Origin: Christensenellales bacterium
GTDB taxonomy: Bacteria; Bacillota; Clostridia; Christensenellales; Aristaeellaceae
Direction of reading: 5' to 3'
Assembly (NCBI GenBank): GCA_045132495.1
Contig: JBGUSK010000075.1
Location: forward strand, 350 to 64,349
Length of the DNA stretch: 64,000 bases
The position numbers were made by a program, and so were the translations under genes. A model generated the notes under the pieces. The model was not told the origin of the DNA. It worked only from the letters and a program-made list of their open reading frames with translations, and did no database searches. Positions 60,478-64,000 of the stretch are shown piece by piece. Positions within the stretch are counted from its first letter, which is position 1; each line of letters opens with the position of its first letter.

Positions 60478-61956
60478 ATGACCGGGAAAAACCAACATGC
60501 CAACCGCAGCATTGAGCAGCAGATCGCCAGGCTACTGTTGACCATCCTGCCTGTGATGGCGGCGATCATCATCATTCTGATCGTAACGCTGTTTTCTGTC
60601 AATTCCCGCTATACGTCTGTGCTGATGAGCGCCAACACGGCGGCGGATTTCAACAAGGAATTTAAGGTGATGCTGGATTCGGACATGTACAACCATGTCA
60701 TCCGGCCCCGCAGCGAAAACACGGCGGAGGACCTGCCCATGGACGTGCTGGAGGATGCAGAGGCCGTCCTGCGCCGCCTGGAAACGACCACCACGCTGCC
60801 GGACAACCGCTGGCGCATCCAGAGCATGCTGGACATGTGCGAGAACCTGCGCCAGTACATGCTGGACATCGCCCAGGAGGAATCCTACGACCAGCGGATG
60901 CTCCTGCTGGAGCGCAACATCCGCGGCGAGACGGGCTTGACGCTGCTGATCGAAACCTACATGCACGACTACATCGGCGATGAGGTGCGGGAACTGGCCC
61001 GCATCCAGGGGCAGATCCGCGCGCAGGTGATGGTGCTGTCCATCGTGATCGCGGCGGGCGTGGCGGTGCTGGTGATGCTGATCGTGCTCTATTCCGTCCG
61101 GGTGACGCGGCGCATCACCGGGCCCATCAGCACCCTCAGCCGCAAGGCGCAGCAGTTCGGCAGCGGAGATTTCACTCCGACCCCGGTGGAGACCCACATC
61201 ACCGAGCTGCAGACGCTGGACACCGGCTTCAACGACATGGCTCTGCGCATCAATGCGCTGATGGAAAAGCAAATAGAGGATCAGCGCTCGCTGCACCGCG
61301 CAGAGCTGGAGCTGCTGCAGGCCCAGATCAATCCGCATTTCCTGTATAACACGCTGGATTCCATCGCCATCCTGGCTGAGAGCGACCGCAGCGAGGACGT
61401 GGTCACGATGGTGACCAGCCTTTCGACCTTCTTCCGCAACTCCCTCAACAAGGGCCAGGACGTGCTGACCCTGGGCGCGGAGTGCGCGCAGGTGACCAGC
61501 TACCTGGAGATCCAGCAGATCCGCTACTCGGACATCCTGCGGTATGAGATCAACGTGCCCCAGGAGCTGATGGACTGCATGGTGCCCAAGCTGATCCTCC
61601 AGCCCCTGGTGGAGAATGCCCTGTACCATGGCATCAAGAACCGCAGGGGCATGGGCATGATCACCGTGACCGGCGAGGCAAAGGGCAGCGATCTCCTCCT
61701 GAAGGTGACCGACAACGGCGCCGGTATGGACGAGGAGCAGGTGCGCATATTGCAGTCCGGCATCTATGAGGACAAGCACACCGGCCTGGGCCTGGTGAAC
61801 GTACACAAGCGCATCCGCCTGTACTGCGGCGGGAGCCCCGCTGGCAGCGAACCCTATGGTCTGTCCTTTGAGAGCAGCGTGGGCAAGGGCTCCACGGTAT
61901 CCGTGCTGCTGCCCATGACCCGCAGCCTTGGCGAGAAGGAGGTTGAAAAAAGATGA
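60478..61956 (+). CDS. Sensor histidine kinase, LytS/YesM type (HAMP plus His_kinase plus HATPase_c)
   Basis: Track start 60469 is GTG; ATG 60478 follows AGAGGTGG. ELLQAQINPHFLYNTLDSI H-box region, N-box and G-box (TDNGAGM, GLGLVNV). Confidence 0.85.
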   Translation: MTGKNQHANRSIEQQIARLLLTILPVMAAIIIILIVTLFSVNSRYTSVLMSANTAADFNKEFKVMLDSDMYNHVIRPRSENTAEDLPMDVLEDAEAVLRRLETTTTLPDNRWRIQSMLDMCENLRQYMLDIAQEESYDQRMLLLERNIRGETGLTLLIETYMHDYIGDEVRELARIQGQIRAQVMVLSIVIAAGVAVLVMLIVLYSVRVTRRITGPISTLSRKAQQFGSGDFTPTPVETHITELQTLDTGFNDMALRINALMEKQIEDQRSLHRAELELLQAQINPHFLYNTLDSIAILAESDRSEDVVTMVTSLSTFFRNSLNKGQDVLTLGAECAQVTSYLEIQQIRYSDILRYEINVPQELMDCMVPKLILQPLVENALYHGIKNRRGMGMITVTGEAKGSDLLLKVTDNGAGMDEEQVRILQSGIYEDKHTGLGLVNVHKRIRLYCGGSPAGSEPYGLSFESSVGKGSTVSVLLPMTRSLGEKEVEKR

Positions 61957-62915
61957 AGCTCCGTTTGATCCCGATCCTGATGGCGATGCTCTGCCTGCTT
62001 GGCGGCTGCACCTCCCCCACTGGCAACACGATGGATGAAAAGTATGACGATCTGATCGTCGTCGGCTTCTCCCAGGTCGGTGCAGAGAGCGACTGGCGCA
62101 ACGCCAACACCCGGAGCATGCAGCAGGCCCTGTCCGCCGAGAATGGCTTCCGCCTCATCCTCGACGACGCCCAGCAGAAGAAGGAACGACAGATCACCGC
62201 CATCCGCAATTTCATCCACCAGGGCGTGGATTATATCGTCCTCGCGCCCACCACTGAGGATGGCTGGGAGACCGTCCTGGGCGAGGCCAAGGCAGCGGGC
62301 ATCCCGGTCATCATCATCGATCGAATGATCGACAGCTCCCTTGCCACCGGCGATGTGGGGGACGACCTGTTCACCTGCTGGATCGGCTCGGACTTCCAGC
62401 GCCAAGGGGACTGCGCGGTGGCCTGGCTTGAGCAGCGCTTCGGCGATGCTCCCCTGCAGATCGTCCACCTGCAGGGTAATTACGGTTCCTCCGCCCAGGT
62501 GGGACGCTCCGCCAGCCTGGATAAGGGACTTCAAAACAATCCCCACTGGACCCTCGCGGCCCGGGACAGCGGCGATTTTACGCAAGCAAAAGGCCAGGAG
62601 CTCGTCGAGACGGTTGTCTTGCTTTCCAAGGGCGAGGTCGACTCGAAAAAGATTCGGGTTGAGTTCTCTTTGGAAGATATGGATATGTCCGAATTTCAGG
62701 ATGGAGCAACCTACACGCAGATCAAGGACTATGTACTGGAACATAGCGGATTAAAGGTATCCAACCTGTATATCTCACAGATTAAGAGGAAATGTGGGAT
62801 TGAGATTGGTAAGAACTACAATCTGCCAAAGTCTGAAGATTCCAGACAGCCCCTGTGTCCGCCGGAAAAAGAGAAAGCAATCCGAGAAGCATTCAAATAT
62901 TTTGGGATGATCTAA
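61953..62915 (+). CDS. Sensor-type sugar-binding lipoprotein, apparently truncated and fused to unrelated low-GC sequence
   Basis: Lipobox LLGGC. PBP1-like sequence runs to about residue 222 (…GQELVETVV). The remaining ~95 aa are low-GC and unrelated to the fold. The ATG overlaps the kinase stop (ATGA). Confidence 0.6.
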   Translation: MKLRLIPILMAMLCLLGGCTSPTGNTMDEKYDDLIVVGFSQVGAESDWRNANTRSMQQALSAENGFRLILDDAQQKKERQITAIRNFIHQGVDYIVLAPTTEDGWETVLGEAKAAGIPVIIIDRMIDSSLATGDVGDDLFTCWIGSDFQRQGDCAVAWLEQRFGDAPLQIVHLQGNYGSSAQVGRSASLDKGLQNNPHWTLAARDSGDFTQAKGQELVETVVLLSKGEVDSKKIRVEFSLEDMDMSEFQDGATYTQIKDYVLEHSGLKVSNLYISQIKRKCGIEIGKNYNLPKSEDSRQPLCPPEKEKAIREAFKYFGMI

Positions 62916-62939
62916 CATCCTGCAGAACGGAGGTTTCTT

Positions 62940-63185
62940 ATGGATAGATTGATTTCTTGTGAGTTTAACATGGATAACGCTTGTGTAGAACTGAAATTTT
63001 TTGATGGCAGTATGATTGCTATTGATACGATTGTGATGGAGAACGAAGTTGCCGACAATATGTATCAGCGGTCCGAATTGGATTGGCTAATCTACAACAA
63101 GCCGCTGGAATATGCACAACTGGTATTCGGTGGTGATTTGGAACAGTACGTGCAAGGGATGCCGGAACATCGGATGATGGACTAA
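62940..63185 (+). CDS. Small hypothetical protein (DUF6061-like by recollection)
   Basis: 81 aa with SD ACGGAGG. The segment ENEVADNMYQRSELDWLIYN resembles small proteins I recall from Firmicutes mobile elements. Confidence 0.5.
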   Translation: MDRLISCEFNMDNACVELKFFDGSMIAIDTIVMENEVADNMYQRSELDWLIYNKPLEYAQLVFGGDLEQYVQGMPEHRMMD

Positions 63186-63192
63186 CAGCAAA

Positions 63193-63230
63193 ACAGCCCA
63201 TAGGTAGATACCTGCGGGCTGTGCCTTTTT
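63193..63230. terminator. Bidirectional hairpin terminator
   Basis: Stem ACAGCCC / GGGCTGT followed by GCCTTTTT. Confidence 0.55.
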
Positions 63231-63972
63231 ACTTGGCTCTTTTTTTGAAATAGATCAACACTACAGCAAGGCATTCAATGCAATATGCTGCTCCGAAAAT
63301 CACATGACGGACAGCAGCGGTTTGCCGAGCTTCCTGCAAATCATCCTCCGTGCAAACTGTAATCGGAAGGACAGTTCCATCTTTAGGCGTGTATCGGAGG
63401 GAAACAAAATTTCGGCGGTGAATATATTCACAGACCACATTGCCGTTTTTATCTTTCAGTCTGCTGGTCAGGGCTTCTTCTTCGGTGATTTCATTTCCAT
63501 ATTCATCATAATAAGTACCCTTTTCAATTTCTTCAGATGGAACGGGGATTTCTACAGCTCCCGTTCCGTCATCGAAAGAGTGCCATTGATCTTCTGGAAC
63601 ATCTTGCTCCATATATTCAATGAAGCTATCGTAGTCATCGAATGTTGTTCCTTTCATAATGCTGAATGGCCCCCAGATCGAGGTGGAAAAATAATGGCCA
63701 ATACCAGTAACTCCCAGAAGAACAATCAATACAATGACGCAGATACGTTTCAGCTTATGGTTATGGTGATAAATAGCGGATTCTTGTTCGGATAAGCTAT
63801 AAACACCTTTTCTCAAAAGAGAGGCATTGAGTAAATACAGCACAATAGCATAGATCAGGAGGAAGGACGAAGCTCCCATGGCTCCCCAGATCAGCAAGCT
63901 GTCAGAGCCGAGACCCATGTACGCATCCACCAAAATTAGAGGAAATGTAAAGCCGATAAAGACTACTGTCAA
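63229..63972 (-). CDS. Hypothetical membrane protein (low GC); the N-terminus may lie beyond the called start
   Basis: 247 aa with three N-terminal TM helices, an acidic extracytoplasmic middle and a C-terminal TM helix. The reading frame may continue toward the window edge. Confidence 0.5.
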   Translation of the reverse strand: MTVVFIGFTFPLILVDAYMGLGSDSLLIWGAMGASSFLLIYAIVLYLLNASLLRKGVYSLSEQESAIYHHNHKLKRICVIVLIVLLGVTGIGHYFSTSIWGPFSIMKGTTFDDYDSFIEYMEQDVPEDQWHSFDDGTGAVEIPVPSEEIEKGTYYDEYGNEITEEEALTSRLKDKNGNVVCEYIHRRNFVSLRYTPKDGTVLPITVCTEDDLQEARQTAAVRHVIFGAAYCIECLAVVLIYFKKRAK

Positions 63973-64000
63973 ACCGATGGATTTCTCTGCAAAGTTAATA

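Larger units (their letters stand above)
62625..64000. mobile_element. Left part of a low-GC insertion (putative integrated element or islet) running off the window
   Basis: Composition drops abruptly near 62620-62650 (62% GC in line 62281, 35% in line 63241). The expected response-regulator gene is absent. No recombinase within the window. Confidence 0.35.

Noticed and set aside
1-64000. CRISPR arrays, rRNA genes, transposases, integrases, prophage structural genes
   Set aside because: I saw no regularly spaced direct repeats of CRISPR type. No ORF carries DDE, tyrosine or serine recombinase or capsid/terminase motifs. The only repeat systems seen are short palindromic REP-like units and the spoIVB-tail repeats.

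Overview
High-GC (about 60% in sampled coding lines) Clostridia-type chromosomal segment, judged from a T-box leader, SpoIVB, a CwlD-like amidase, a Spo0A-like regulator and strong AGGAGG-type SDs. I call about 62 protein genes, 2 tRNAs (Gln-CTG, Glu-CTC), one Phe T-box leader upstream of pheS-pheT, 14 SigA-like promoters, about 20 hairpin terminators and three families of palindromic REP-like repeats. Gene content: scattered glycan-degradation genes (GH5, GH2, two GH43, esterase, SGNH hydrolase, beta-helix protein), a pair of ABC exporter genes, a CUT2-type sugar ABC importer with a divergent LytS/YesM-type kinase plus sensor binding protein, housekeeping genes (pheST, lspA, rluD-like), a second Hsp70/J-protein module and NAD-recycling-like genes. 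Most noteworthy: (1) three diverged copies of the spoIVB 3' end plus terminator bracket two lower-GC gene cassettes; (2) an orphan cluster of DnaA boxes (4 perfect, 6 near-perfect) lies in a 590-bp ORF-free gap with no dnaA nearby; (3) a Zn-ribbon / DUF5685 / cysteine-string J-protein / Hsp70 module without GrpE; (4) a REP-family copy sits in frame inside a CDS; (5) a low-GC insertion truncates the sensor binding protein and replaces the expected response regulator; (6) a Spo0A-like protein lacks the phospho-acceptor Asp; (7) an in-frame TGA splits a TIM-barrel gene. I saw no CRISPR array, rRNA, transposase or integrase. CDS coordinates include the stop codon. Many long ORFs in the track are antisense shadows of high-GC genes and are not called. 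The track translates GTG/TTG first codons as M, so several starts were trimmed to the SD-supported start codon (usually an internal ATG, in two cases GTG). All family names come from my own motif recognition, not from database searches.
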